64,000 nucleotides of DNA from Abditibacterium sp. (GTDB taxonomy: Bacteria > Armatimonadota > Abditibacteriia > Abditibacteriales > Abditibacteriaceae): positions 3,552,001-3,616,000 of the forward strand of contig CBDASK010000003.1 of the NCBI GenBank assembly GCA_965199495.1, given 5' to 3'. This document shows, in pieces, positions 9,936 to 20,185 of this stretch. The position numbers and the translations under genes are program-made. The first letter of the stretch is position 1, and every line of letters starts with the position of its first letter. Below the pieces are notes generated by a model. The model was not told where the DNA came from, did not search any database, and saw nothing but the letters and a program-made list of their open reading frames with translations.

Positions 9936-11102
9936 ATGTCAAACACAATGACCATTGATTATTACGAAACGTTGGAAGTGACGCGCACCGCGACGCCCGA
10001 CGAAATTCGCAAAGCCTATCGCCAGATGGCGAAGAAACATCACCCCGATGTCAACCCCGATAATCGCGAGGAAGCCGAAGCGAAATTTAAAGAAGTCTCG
10101 CAGGCTTACGCGGTTTTGTCCGACGAAAACAAGCGCAGCGTTTACGACCGTTATGGCGCCGATGCCGTCAACGGCATGAGCCAAAACGGCGCGGCGGGCG
10201 CCGATTTCGGCGGCGGACTGGGCGACTTATTCGACGTGTTTTTCGGCGGCGCTCAGGGTGGCGCTGGCGGCGGCACGCGGGCGCGCGAAGATTTGCAGCG
10301 TGGCTCCGATTTGCGCTACGACTTGTCGCTGACCTTGCAAGAGTGTTGGGCGGGCGTCACCAAAGATTTGCGCGTGCCGTCGTTGCTCAAATGCAAAACC
10401 TGTGCGGGCAGCGGCGCGGCGCCCGGCACCAAACCCGAAACCTGCCAGCAGTGCAGTGGCAGTGGCCGCGTGCGCGAAGTGCGCCAGACGTTTTTCGGCC
10501 AGTTCGTGCAAGAGGCGCCCTGTTCGCGCTGCAACGGGCGCGGCAAAATTATCCCGAATCCGTGCCCGACCTGTCGCGGCGATGGCCGCACGCGCGCCGA
10601 CCGTCAGGTCACGGTTTCGATTCCGCCCGGCGTGGACGAAGGTGACCGCGTGCGCGTCACCGGCGCGGGCGAAGACGGCACCAACGGCAGTCCGGCGGGC
10701 GATTTGTATTGTTTCGTTTATGTCGAAGAAGACCCACAATTTCAGCGCCGCGACAACGACGTTTTGCACTTGATGAACATCTCGTATGCGCAAGCGGCAC
10801 TGGGCGATAATATCTCGGTTCCGACGCTGGAGCGGAGCGATGGCAAACCGGTGATGGCCGAAGTGCGCGTGCCCGCCGGAACGCAAAACAACGCGATGTT
10901 TCGCGTGAGCGGCAAAGGCTTTACCACACGCGGCGGCTATCGCGGCGATCAGGTTTGCGTCGCGCGCGTCGTGGTGCCCAAAAAGCTGAGCGAACGCCAG
11001 AAAGAACTGTTGCGCGAGTTCTCCGAAATCGAAGCAGAACACCCCCACGAAGTGCCGCGCGGCTTTTTCAATAAGTTGAAAGACGTTATTGGTCTGGATT
11101 AA
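9936..11102 (+). CDS. dnaJ: Chaperone DnaJ
   Basis: J domain with HPD, G/F-rich region, four CxxCxGxG repeats. Confidence 0.96.
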   Translation: MSNTMTIDYYETLEVTRTATPDEIRKAYRQMAKKHHPDVNPDNREEAEAKFKEVSQAYAVLSDENKRSVYDRYGADAVNGMSQNGAAGADFGGGLGDLFDVFFGGAQGGAGGGTRAREDLQRGSDLRYDLSLTLQECWAGVTKDLRVPSLLKCKTCAGSGAAPGTKPETCQQCSGSGRVREVRQTFFGQFVQEAPCSRCNGRGKIIPNPCPTCRGDGRTRADRQVTVSIPPGVDEGDRVRVTGAGEDGTNGSPAGDLYCFVYVEEDPQFQRRDNDVLHLMNISYAQAALGDNISVPTLERSDGKPVMAEVRVPAGTQNNAMFRVSGKGFTTRGGYRGDQVCVARVVVPKKLSERQKELLREFSEIEAEHPHEVPRGFFNKLKDVIGLD

Positions 11103-11112
11103 TTTGATGAAC

Positions 11113-11257
11113 AAACTCAATTAGCCACAAAAACGCAAAAATCACAAAAGGCACAAAAAAGTCAAAAATAGCTGGTCGAACTTGCTTTATGGAAAAGTGT
11201 TCTTCAAGCTTTTTTGTGCCTTTTGTGATTTTTGCGTTTTTGTGGCTAATTGAGTTT
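11113..11257. repeat. Long palindromic element, A-rich 9-nt-periodic family (TAGCCACAAAAACGCAAAAATCAC...)
   Basis: Long inverted arms; arms and loop homologous to 36921-37123. Confidence 0.85.
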
Positions 11258-11306
11258 TTGGTGTCCCTTTTGCTTTGGATTTGCGCCGGAGGAAGTTTCA
11301 AATCCG

Positions 11307-11519
11307 ATGGCAGAAAAATCATTCAAAAAAGGCGATAAAGTCGAGTGGGATTACGCCGATAACAAAGTCGAAGGCGAAGTCGTGGAGAAAGTGACCAGCG
11401 ACACCAAAATTAAAGGCCACAAAGCCAAGGCCAGCAAAGACGACCCGCAATACAAAGTGAAAAGTGAGAAAACCGGCAAAACCGCGATTCACAAACCCGA
11501 CGAATTGAAGAAAAAGTAG
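11307..11519 (+). CDS. DUF2945 (Hva1 TUDOR-like) small protein
   Basis: FKKGDKVEW...KASKDDPQYKVKSEKTGKTAIHKPDEL; GGAGG upstream. Confidence 0.8.
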   Translation: MAEKSFKKGDKVEWDYADNKVEGEVVEKVTSDTKIKGHKAKASKDDPQYKVKSEKTGKTAIHKPDELKKK

Positions 11520-11549
11520 GGTTTGGTTTTCGTGGCTAATCATTTATGA

Positions 11550-11730
11550 TTCAAGTTTTGTTCTCGCCTTCATTGTCATTCTGAGCGTAGAGAGGAACGA
11601 ACGCAGTCGAAGAATCCACCGCTTGCGTATTGACTTCGCTTTCGTTGATGCCGTTACGTCATGGATTCTTCGACTGCGTTCGTTCCTCTCTACGCTCAGA
11701 ATGACAATGAAGGCGAGAACAAAACTTGAA
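11550..11730. repeat. TGTC-tagged palindromic element (TGTCATTCTGAGCG...CGCTCAGAATGACA)
   Basis: 69-bp perfect arms 11550-11618 and 11662-11730; core shared with 54345-54474. Confidence 0.9.
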
Positions 11731-11738
11731 CGCCGTGG

Positions 11739-13064
11739 CTAATTCATTTCTTCCAATTTCATCCACAGCGGCCCGCGTGGTCGCATCGTGACACTGGGTT
11801 CCAAATCTAAAACGCCCGCCGGAAACGCGCGAAACCTTTGGTTTAATGTCGCCAGACAGAGCGTCGCTTCCATCCACGCGAAGTTTTCGGCCAAGCACGC
11901 GCGCGAACCAGCGCCGAACGGAAAATAAGTCCCGCGCGCTGGCTCGAAATCGTTTTGCCAGCGCGATGGATCGAAATGGCGCGCGTTGGGCCAAAACCGT
12001 TCGTCGCGCTGAATGATGAATTGACCGATCAAAATCGTGGTGCCGCGTGGCACAACTGTCGGGCCGTCTTGCCATTCGAGCGTTACATCTTCGACGGCGC
12101 GCCGACCGACGATCCACGCGGGCGGCAACAATCGCATCGCTTCGGACAGAACGGCGCGCGTATATTCTAAATTCGGCAAATCCTCATAAGTCGCGCGGCG
12201 ATTGTTCAAAACTTCGTCAACTTCCAATTTCAGTTGCTCCCAAACTTTGGGATGGCGACCGACCAGCCAGAACGCGAAAGTTAAGGCATTGGCCGTGGTT
12301 TCGTGGCCCGCCATCAGAAGCGTCATCGCTTCATCGCGGATGTTTTCGTCGGTCAAACCGTCGCCGTTTTCGTCGCGCGCATTCAGCAAAATGCTCAAAA
12401 CATCGTCGCCGTGGCTGCTGCCTTCGATGCAGCCACGGCGACGGGTTTCGATCAGATCATAAACGATTTCGTCGAGCGCCCCGCGTGCGTTGCGGAACTT
12501 TCTATCCACCATCGGCAGGCGTTCCAGCCAATCGCCGCCGGGCATCATCGAAATGTTGAACAAACCCATCGCGTCATCTAATGAACGCGCGATTTTCTCT
12601 TCGCGCCCCGGCACGCCGACACCGAACACGCCGCGCGTCACGATGGCTAAAGCCAGCTTCGACATTTCGCCGCCGATGTCCACGGTTTGCCCACCGCGCC
12701 AACTGTCGCGCGTTTCGAGCGCGCAATCGAGAATCGTCTCGGTATAAACCGGCAAGCGCGCCACGGCAAATAACGGTTGCAACAAACGCCGCCGCCCGCG
12801 ATGAAGTTCGCCGTGCGAACCCAGCAAACCTTCGCCTAATAAGCGTTTGGTCTTTTCGACGCCGCGCGCTTTGCTCCACTTTTGCGGGTTGGCGACCAAA
12901 ATTTGCCGCACCAGATCGGGATGCGAAGCCAGCCAGACGCCGTCGCGCAATTGAATCAAATCGCCGTAACGTTTGGCACTGCGACGCAGGAAAAACGGCA
13001 GCGAATGGCGCCATAACAACGTGCGCAACAACGCGGGCGAAATCGGTAGTTTGGGCGGAATCAT
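11739..13064 (-). CDS. Cytochrome P450
   Basis: AGHETT, EAMR (ExxR), FPFGAGSRACLA heme-binding Cys. Confidence 0.93.
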   Translation of the reverse strand: MIPPKLPISPALLRTLLWRHSLPFFLRRSAKRYGDLIQLRDGVWLASHPDLVRQILVANPQKWSKARGVEKTKRLLGEGLLGSHGELHRGRRRLLQPLFAVARLPVYTETILDCALETRDSWRGGQTVDIGGEMSKLALAIVTRGVFGVGVPGREEKIARSLDDAMGLFNISMMPGGDWLERLPMVDRKFRNARGALDEIVYDLIETRRRGCIEGSSHGDDVLSILLNARDENGDGLTDENIRDEAMTLLMAGHETTANALTFAFWLVGRHPKVWEQLKLEVDEVLNNRRATYEDLPNLEYTRAVLSEAMRLLPPAWIVGRRAVEDVTLEWQDGPTVVPRGTTILIGQFIIQRDERFWPNARHFDPSRWQNDFEPARGTYFPFGAGSRACLAENFAWMEATLCLATLNQRFRAFPAGVLDLEPSVTMRPRGPLWMKLEEMN

Positions 13065-13234
13065 GTGTTTACAGGCGATTATTGGGCGCGCGATTTTCGT
13101 TGGATTTAGCAAAGCAAAATTAGGTTCGCTGCGAAAAGCGATGTTCGAAAAAGAGCCAAATCAATGCTTCAACACAGCGCTTTTACATCCTTATATACAA
13201 CTCAAACTCGAAACCTGAACCCGCACGTATTCGT

Positions 13235-13275
13235 CTTTAGTGCATAACACTCAACCTGAGTGAGAATAACTCAAG
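13235..13275 (+). promoter_or_regulatory. Two tandem HAIR (HspR-associated inverted repeat) operators upstream of clpB
   Basis: CTTTAGT-N7-ACTCAAC (13235-13255) and CCTGAGT-N7-ACTCAAG (13255-13275) versus consensus CTTGAGT-N7-ACTCAAG. Confidence 0.75.
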
Positions 13276-13290
13276 GAGAATAAACGAACA

Positions 13291-15948
13291 ATGGCATTAG
13301 ATTTCAATAAATGGACGGTCAAAGCGCAAGAAGCCTTGAACGGCGCGCGCGACGTGGCTGTTGAATACCAACAGCAAGAGATGGATGTGGAACATTTGCT
13401 TTTGGCATTGTTGCGACAAAGCGAGGGCACGACGGCGCCGTTGTTGGGCAAAATCGGCGCGTCGCCGCAAACAATGGCGCGCGAAGTCGAGGGCGAACTG
13501 AGCAAACGGCCCAAAGTCGCGGGCGTCGAACCGGCGACGATTTTGTCGGTTCGTCTGGCGGGCAACGGGCGCGATGGGCAGGGCGGCGTCTTGGGCGCGG
13601 CGAATAAGGCGATGGGCCAGCTCAAAGACGAGTTTCTGGCGACCGAGCATCTGCTTTTGGGCATCAGCGACGACAAAGGTTTCGCGGGCGGACTTCTCAA
13701 AAGTAGCGGCATTTCGCGCGAGGCGATTTTGCAGGCGTTGGCGCAGATTCGCGGCGGGCAGCGCGTGACCGACCAAAACCCGGAAGAGAAGTATCAGGCG
13801 CTGGAAAAGTTCACGCGCGATTTGACGGCGGAGGCGCGCCAAGGCAAAATGGATCCGGTCATCGGGCGCGACGAAGAGATTCGCCGCGTGGTGCAGGTTT
13901 TGAGTCGGCGCACCAAGAATAATCCGGTTTTGATCGGCGAGCCTGGCGTGGGCAAAACGGCGATTGTCGAAGGTTTGGCGCAGCGCGTGGCCAACGGCGA
14001 TGTGCCGGAAACGCTGGCCGACAAGAAAGTTCTGTCCTTAGATTTGGGTGCTTTGATCGCGGGCGCCAAATATCGCGGCGAATTTGAGGATCGGTTGAAG
14101 GCGGTTTTGAAGGAAATCGAGCGCGCCGATGGGCAAATCGTTTTGTTCATTGACGAGATGCACACGCTTGTGGGCGCGGGCGCTGCCGAGGGCGCGGTTG
14201 ACGCGGCCAACTTGCTCAAGCCGATGCTGGCGCGCGGCGAACTGCGCTGTGTCGGCGCGACGACGCTCAACGAATATCGCAAATATATCGAGAAAGACGC
14301 GGCCTTGGAACGGCGCTTTCAGCCGATTTACGTCGGCGAGCCGAGCGTCGAAGATACGATTGCGATTCTGCGCGGCTTGAAGGAACGCTACGAAGTGCAT
14401 CATCATGTGCGCATCACCGACGCGGCTCTGGTGAGCGCGGCGGTTTTGAGCAATCGCTATTTGACCGACCGCTTTTTGCCCGATAAAGCGATTGACTTAG
14501 TGGACGAAGCGGCGTCGAAACTGCGCATCGAAATCGCTTCGATGCCGACCGAAATTGACGAAATCGAGCGGCGCATTTTGCAACTGGACATCGAACGCGA
14601 GGCGTTGTCGCGCGAAACCAAAGGCGGCTTGTTTGGCAAGCAGTCCGATGCAGCCACGGCGGAGCGGTTGGCGGTAATCGAGCGGATTTTGGCCGATTTG
14701 CGCGAGGAATCTTCCACGCTCAAGGCGCAGTGGCAGAGCGAAAAAGACGCGATTGGGCGGGTTTCGGATTTGAAGGAGCAGTTGGAAACCGTGCAATTCG
14801 AGATCGAGCGCGCCACGCAAAGCGCCGATTTGGGTAAGGCGGCGGAGTTGCGTTATGGGACTTTGCCGCAGTTGCAGCGCGATTTGGAAGAGCATCTGCG
14901 CCATTTGCAGGAGCGGCAGGGCGCCGGGCAGATGCTCAAAGAGGAAGTCGATGCCGAGGATATCGCCGAAGTCGTCGCCAAATGGACGGGCGTGCCGGTC
15001 GCCCGATTGGTCGAAAGCGAGATGCAGAAACTGCTGCAAATGGAAGACAATTTGCGCGGGCGCGTCGTCGGCCAGGAAGACGCTCTGGTCGCCGTGGGGG
15101 ATGCCGTGCGCCGCAGTCGCGCCGGGTTGTCCGACCCGAATCGGCCCATCGGTTCGTTCCTGTTTCTGGGGCCGACCGGCGTGGGCAAAACCGAACTGGC
15201 GCGCGCTCTGGCCGAGTTTCTGTTCGACGACGAGCGCGCCCTGGTGCGCCTCGACATGAGCGAATACGGCGAAAAACACACCGTCGCCCGCTTGATCGGC
15301 GCGCCTCCGGGCTACGTCGGCTACGAGGAAGGCGGGCAGTTGACCGAGGCCATTCGGCGCCGTCCGTATGCCGTGATTCTGCTGGACGAAATCGAGAAAG
15401 CGCATCCCGACGTGTTCAACGTGCTGCTGCAACTCCTGGATGATGGCCGCCTCACCGACGGTCAGGGCCGCGTGGTGAGCTTCAAAAACTGCGTGGTGAT
15501 CATGACGAGCAACCTCGCCTCGCACCTCATCGCCGACGCCGACCCCAGCGATTTCACGCTCAAAGACCGCGTTTTCGAGTCGCTGCGCGCGCATTTCCGC
15601 CCGGAGTTTTTGAATCGCATCGACGAAGTGATCGTGTTCAACTCGCTGCAACGCGAACAGTTGAGTTCTATCGTCGAGATTCAACTCGAAGGCCTACGCA
15701 AACGCTTGGCCGAGCGCGGCATCAACATCACGTTAAGCGAAGCGGCGCGTCAGGTGATCGGCGAAGAGGGTTACGACCCGCAGTTCGGCGCGCGCCCGCT
15801 CAAGCGCGCGATTCAGCGCTTGGTTCAAGACCCGCTCGCGCGCCGCGTGCTAAGCGGCGAAGTCCGCGACGGCGACACGGTCGAAATCGACGCGGGCCAC
15901 GAAGGTCAGTTGGTGTTCCACGCGGTGGATGAGAAAGCCGAAGTTTAG
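13291..15948 (+). CDS. clpB: ATP-dependent disaggregase ClpB
   Basis: Two AAA+ modules ([16 protein letters not shown]) and a long coiled-coil M domain with KAAELRYG. Confidence 0.96.
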   Translation: MALDFNKWTVKAQEALNGARDVAVEYQQQEMDVEHLLLALLRQSEGTTAPLLGKIGASPQTMAREVEGELSKRPKVAGVEPATILSVRLAGNGRDGQGGVLGAANKAMGQLKDEFLATEHLLLGISDDKGFAGGLLKSSGISREAILQALAQIRGGQRVTDQNPEEKYQALEKFTRDLTAEARQGKMDPVIGRDEEIRRVVQVLSRRTKNNPVLIGEPGVGKTAIVEGLAQRVANGDVPETLADKKVLSLDLGALIAGAKYRGEFEDRLKAVLKEIERADGQIVLFIDEMHTLVGAGAAEGAVDAANLLKPMLARGELRCVGATTLNEYRKYIEKDAALERRFQPIYVGEPSVEDTIAILRGLKERYEVHHHVRITDAALVSAAVLSNRYLTDRFLPDKAIDLVDEAASKLRIEIASMPTEIDEIERRILQLDIEREALSRETKGGLFGKQSDAATAERLAVIERILADLREESSTLKAQWQSEKDAIGRVSDLKEQLETVQFEIERATQSADLGKAAELRYGTLPQLQRDLEEHLRHLQERQGAGQMLKEEVDAEDIAEVVAKWTGVPVARLVESEMQKLLQMEDNLRGRVVGQEDALVAVGDAVRRSRAGLSDPNRPIGSFLFLGPTGVGKTELARALAEFLFDDERALVRLDMSEYGEKHTVARLIGAPPGYVGYEEGGQLTEAIRRRPYAVILLDEIEKAHPDVFNVLLQLLDDGRLTDGQGRVVSFKNCVVIMTSNLASHLIADADPSDFTLKDRVFESLRAHFRPEFLNRIDEVIVFNSLQREQLSSIVEIQLEGLRKRLAERGINITLSEAARQVIGEEGYDPQFGARPLKRAIQRLVQDPLARRVLSGEVRDGDTVEIDAGHEGQLVFHAVDEKAEV

Positions 15949-15956
15949 GTTTGGGG

Positions 15957-15986
15957 CCGCGCTCGCGTTGGTGAGCGCGGTTTTTT
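15957..15986 (+). terminator. Intrinsic terminator after clpB
   Basis: CCGCGCTC-N8-GAGCGCGG-TTTTTT. Confidence 0.75.
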
Positions 15987-16039
15987 GTTAGCTTGCGCAC
16001 AGTCTATTCATGTGAGATAATTTCTGGAAAGAAAACGAT

Positions 16040-16345
16040 ATGAAAATACAAGTTGAACCACAACTCGGCAGATTGAGCCAAGACAATCAAGTGATTGCAC
16101 AAAATTTGTTGGTATGGGTCACTGAGCCGGGCGATCTCCCTGAAGATCAAGGGTTTAGTCTTAAGGGGCTTATCCAGTTGCCAAGTAATCCTATCAGCAT
16201 GGGGAAATATTCGTTAGAGCTATTTAATCCCGATGCAAACCGTTATGATAGGGCAGAAGGAATAATTATTGACGGAATTGACGAAAAGATGGTGAAAGGA
16301 AATTCTCATCTCGTAGGAGCATTTATTTTGTCGGATGAACTATAA
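16040..16345 (+). CDS. Hypothetical protein (low-GC)
   Basis: 101-aa ORF in an AT-richer segment with atypical codons. Confidence 0.6.
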   Translation: MKIQVEPQLGRLSQDNQVIAQNLLVWVTEPGDLPEDQGFSLKGLIQLPSNPISMGKYSLELFNPDANRYDRAEGIIIDGIDEKMVKGNSHLVGAFILSDEL

Positions 16346-16383
16346 AATATCTTACATTATTAAAAATCTACTGTGGAGGGATC

Positions 16384-17622
16384 ATGCTCAATATATTCGC
16401 AAAACGTAAATTAGAAAAAGAACGACAAAAGTTGCAGGAAGAGCTGACGCGTTTAGTACCCACGAAAGGTGTTGGATGGTTTGACAATTATGAATTGGTG
16501 CTGATAAACCTGCGGGAAAAATTTCCTAACCAAATTACCGATGTCAGAGCGCTCTGCTGCGTGGTGGCCTATGGTATTTCCGATTTGATGTCGTTGCCTG
16601 AAAATATCATCGACGAATCGAAAACAATTGATTTGGTGCATTACATAAAGCAACATTCATTACCTGAAGAAACGGCGCAGTGGGCTATCATCTGTTGGGC
16701 TGATGTGCTGTCGCAATTGCCTCGCTCCAAACGCTATGAGATGGCACCCGAAATAAAAAAACGGGAAGAAGCGCAACGTCAGGCTAAGGCCGAGAGAGAA
16801 GTGCGTGAACGACAAGCTGAGGCTGAGAGAGAAGAGATCCGACGCCAAAATGCCATTGAAGCAAAGGAGCGTCCTCATCTTGTTGCATGTTGGAGGGCTG
16901 CTTTTGCCAGCGAAACTGCTGCTATTGAAAGGGCTGCTACGGTCGTCCAACAAGAAGCGATAAAGGTGGCAACAATCGCTGGACGTGCTGAGGCGGACCA
17001 GTTAATCGCCAGTAATTACTCTTGGGGATGGCAGGAGAGACATACGTTCACGGTATATGAGAAGGGTGGGTTTAGCGACTCAGAATCCATGAAACTATCA
17101 AAGGCCAGAGATGAAAAAGAGAAACGGGAAAAGGCTGGTGAGCGAAAAGCAGCTATCGAGCGCTTGGTAGAAAACAAAATTAGACAAGACAAAAACGCAG
17201 GTGATATACGACCTGTCGTAGATGATGAAATTTGGCGCCGAATTAAAGCGACGCCTGACCGAGCGGCACTTCACACCAAGTTGGAACAAGCTTGGCAGGA
17301 CAAACTTCAGCAAGACAAAATCGATGCTGAACAAAAGCGTGTTGAGGATGAGAAAAAGCGTGTCGAGGACGGACGTAAACGGGTATTGCAGCAGGAGCAA
17401 CAAAAAATCAAAGATCAAGAAGTTGCTCGCCAGCGTGTAATAGACGCCGAATATAACCGTAAGAAGATGGAGAGAGAAGCGGCAGAAAAGAAACTCGCCA
17501 AAATCCGGGATTACCGCAAGCAGTTCCCGTTGCGCTGTGCTGGAGTCAGCGATGATGAAGTCTGGAAACAGATTAATGCATCGTTAGCGGATGAATCCGA
17601 TGGCTATTCTGCGTTTGAATAG
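16384..17622 (+). CDS. Hypothetical charged coiled-coil protein (low-GC)
   Basis: GGAGG SD; 412 aa with long E/K/R/Q-rich helical stretches. Confidence 0.7.
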   Translation: MLNIFAKRKLEKERQKLQEELTRLVPTKGVGWFDNYELVLINLREKFPNQITDVRALCCVVAYGISDLMSLPENIIDESKTIDLVHYIKQHSLPEETAQWAIICWADVLSQLPRSKRYEMAPEIKKREEAQRQAKAEREVRERQAEAEREEIRRQNAIEAKERPHLVACWRAAFASETAAIERAATVVQQEAIKVATIAGRAEADQLIASNYSWGWQERHTFTVYEKGGFSDSESMKLSKARDEKEKREKAGERKAAIERLVENKIRQDKNAGDIRPVVDDEIWRRIKATPDRAALHTKLEQAWQDKLQQDKIDAEQKRVEDEKKRVEDGRKRVLQQEQQKIKDQEVARQRVIDAEYNRKKMEREAAEKKLAKIRDYRKQFPLRCAGVSDDEVWKQINASLADESDGYSAFE

Positions 17623-17728
17623 CGCATCGCGTCGGCGTGGCTGCTTGAGTGTGGTGGGCGAAAGTGGGGCGCGGGCGAGAGATGGGGCGCCGTGAAATGT
17701 CGCGTCGGCCCGCTTCCGCGCGGGCGGA

Positions 17729-18030
17729 CAATCGAAGCCGCAATCGCGCGATTGGCGCGCCGAGTTATCGCTTTGGTTCGAGGCGTTGTGACAGTAGCCA
17801 CGCCGAACGGTTGGAGAATGGCGAGAACCGCGATTGAAACGCTCGGATGGTGAAATCGAGGGCGAGTGCGTTCAGGCCATCGAAGCCGCAAGCGCGCGAT
17901 TAGCGCGTTACGGAAGGAGCAAGTTGTCGCGCGGGTTCGAGGCGTTGTGTTGCCAAATGGGGCATGAGCCAATAGAACGCGATGTTAAAGTGGGGCGGTT
18001 TGATGAATAAATCGAGCGGGGTAAAGCGCG
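17729..18030 (+). pseudogene. Decayed copies of the 18545 antitoxin gene plus a hicB fragment
   Basis: 17830-18030 aligns by eye with 18512-18710; 17729-17790 is a second partial copy; 17802-17824 matches hicB 18217-18239. Confidence 0.7.
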
Positions 18031-18075
18031 ATGGGCGGCGGGGCGAGTCGCGGTTAATCGGGTATAATTTAGCTT

Positions 18076-18282
18076 ATGAATTTGCACATCGAAACCGAAC
18101 TTGAAGACGACGGGCGTTGGATTGCCGAAGTGCCGGAATTGCCCGGCGTTTTGGCTTACGGCGCAGACCGCGCGCGCGCCGTGGCTGCTGTTGAGGCGTT
18201 GGCTTTGCGCGTTATCGCCGAACGGTTGGAGAATGGCGAAGAGATGCCGGAGTTGGCGAATTTGTTCTTGGTGGCGGCTTAA
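18076..18282 (+). CDS. hicB: HicB-family antitoxin
   Basis: EDDGRWIAEVPELPGVLAYG; overlaps the hicA start; TATAAT 7 nt before ATG. Confidence 0.88.
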   Translation: MNLHIETELEDDGRWIAEVPELPGVLAYGADRARAVAAVEALALRVIAERLENGEEMPELANLFLVAA

Positions 18283-18491
18283 TGCAGTGGAAATCGGCCA
18301 AAGCGCGTCGCGTTTTGGCGGCGCTCATTCGCATCGGCTGGAGCGTTAAGAGGCAGAGCGGTTCGCACAAAACGTTGGAGCGCGCTGGTTGGGCGAACTA
18401 TACGTTTTCATTTCACGACAACGATGAGATTGGGCCGGTGATGTTGGGGCGTATTGCCAAACAAACGGGATTGACGCCCGATGATTTGTAA
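18282..18491 (+). CDS. hicA: HicA-family toxin
   Basis: GWSVKRQSGSHK...FHDNDEIGPVMLGRIAKQTGL. Confidence 0.9.
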   Translation: MQWKSAKARRVLAALIRIGWSVKRQSGSHKTLERAGWANYTFSFHDNDEIGPVMLGRIAKQTGLTPDDL

Positions 18492-18544
18492 TTTGCCGCG
18501 TTTGAAATTAGCGATTGAAACGTTTGGATGGTAAAATAGAAGCC

Positions 18545-18742
18545 ATGAGCGTTAAAGAAATCGAAGCGGCCATTGCGCAGTTGCCGCGTCACGAAATTAG
18601 CGAGTTATCGCGTTGGTTCGAGGAGTTCCAAAACCAAATGTGGGATGAGCAAATCGAACGCGACGTCAAGGCGGGGCGGTTCGACCAACTCATTGAGCAA
18701 GCCAAGGCCCAATATGCGGCGGGGCAGTGCAAGCCGTTATGA
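18545..18742 (+). CDS. Putative antitoxin
   Basis: MSVKEIEAAIAQL...WDEQIERDVKAGRFD; ATGA overlap with the downstream toxin. Confidence 0.75.
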   Translation: MSVKEIEAAIAQLPRHEISELSRWFEEFQNQMWDEQIERDVKAGRFDQLIEQAKAQYAAGQCKPL

Positions 18743-18993
18743 AGCATCGTGCCACGCCTGAATTACAGCAAATGTAGGCGAAGTTGCCGGTGAACATTCA
18801 GCAACTCGCCGATAGGAATTTCCAACTGCTCAAGGCTGACCCGCGACATCCGTCGTTGCATTTTAAGAAAATAGGTGGAATGTGGTCGGCGCGTGTCGGC
18901 GCCCATTATCGAGTGTTGGGCTTCGATGTTGATGACGGCGTTTTATGGTTTTGGATCGGTTCGCACGCAGAATACGATAAGATGATGCCGTGA
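18739..18993 (+). pseudogene. ParE/RelE-like toxin with nonsense codon at 18775-18777
   Basis: MKHRATPELQQM*AKLP...DPRHPSLHFKK...WSARVG...WFWIGSHAEYD. Confidence 0.75.
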
Positions 18994-19119
18994 TTCGGAA
19001 CAGCCAGCGAATTATTTCGCTGGCTGTTTCTCGTTCTATAGGTAGCCACGCCGACGAGTAATTGTAAACATGACTTGACTTTTGGGTGAATATGGGTGTA
19101 AATATGGGTGTTGCCCGTT

Positions 19120-20169
19120 ATGATTCGCACCGATACCATTTGTATTACGCCCGAAATTTTGGCGCTCGTTGCAGAAATTGATGAGTTCAAAGGCGCCTGG
19201 CGTGCCTTGGGATTGCTGGCGCCCGACCGTTTGCTGGCGTTGCGGCGCACGGCGACTATCGAGAGCATCGGTTCTTCGACGCGCATCGAAGGCAGTCGGC
19301 TTTCCGATAGCGAAGTCGAGCGATTGTTGACGGATTTGGATGTTCAAACGTTCGCTTCGCGCGACGAGCAGGAAGTCGCGGGTTATGCAGCGGCGATGGA
19401 GACGATTTTCGAGGCGTGGGACGAAATGATGGTGACGGAAAATCATATCAAGGGTTTGCATCAACAGCTTTTGTTGCATAGCGAAAAAGACGAGTGGCAT
19501 TGTGGCAACTACAAAAAGTTTCCCAATAGCGTGGCGGCGTTTGACGAAAATGGGCGGCAAATCGGCATCGTCTTCGAGACAGCCATGCCGTTCGAGACGC
19601 CGCGACGCATGGAAGAATTGGTGAGTTGGCTCAACCAAGCGCGCGAGGAAAAGCGGCTTCATCCGCTACTCCTTATCGCGGTATTTGCCGTCGTATTTCT
19701 GGAGATTCATCCGTTTCAAGACGGCAATGGCCGCTTGAGCCGAGTTTTGACGACGCTTTTGCTGCTGCAAGCGGGCTACGCTTATGTGCCGTATAGTTCG
19801 CTCGAAAGCGTGATCGAAAACTCGAAAGAAGGTTATTATCTGGCATTACGTCAAACGCAGGGCACGATTCGCACGGATTCTCCGAATTGGCAGCCGTGGC
19901 TCGGATTTTTCCTGCGCGCATTGCAAGGGCAAAAGCGGCGATTGTCCGCCAAAGTCGAACGCGAAAAGCTGGTTTTGGCGCCATTGCCGGAATTGTCGGC
20001 GCGCATTCTCGAAGAGGTCGGCGAGCAGGGACGCGTCACGATGGGCGAGATGATTCGGCTGACGGGCGCCAGTCGCAATACGCTCAAAGAACATTTTCGG
20101 CGTTTACTGGCGGCGGGGCAACTCGTTCAACACGGTTCCGGCAAAGCAACGTGGTATGGTTTGGCTTGA
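19120..20169 (+). CDS. Fic-domain protein with C-terminal HTH
   Basis: HPFQDGNGR catalytic motif; N-terminal STRIEG inhibitory motif (class II-like). Confidence 0.92.
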   Translation: MIRTDTICITPEILALVAEIDEFKGAWRALGLLAPDRLLALRRTATIESIGSSTRIEGSRLSDSEVERLLTDLDVQTFASRDEQEVAGYAAAMETIFEAWDEMMVTENHIKGLHQQLLLHSEKDEWHCGNYKKFPNSVAAFDENGRQIGIVFETAMPFETPRRMEELVSWLNQAREEKRLHPLLLIAVFAVVFLEIHPFQDGNGRLSRVLTTLLLLQAGYAYVPYSSLESVIENSKEGYYLALRQTQGTIRTDSPNWQPWLGFFLRALQGQKRRLSAKVEREKLVLAPLPELSARILEEVGEQGRVTMGEMIRLTGASRNTLKEHFRRLLAAGQLVQHGSGKATWYGLA

Positions 20170-20185
20170 TATTTTCATTTAATCG

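Noticed and set aside
13244..13270. CIRCE-like ATAACACTC-N9-GAGAATAAC before clpB
   Set aside because: The right arm matches only 4 of 9 positions; the same bases fit two HAIR boxes much better.
13600..15900. Apparent codon-style shift in clpB (more GAG/AAG/CTG) as horizontal replacement
   Set aside because: Impression only; it could reflect expression or strand bias and cannot be quantified here.
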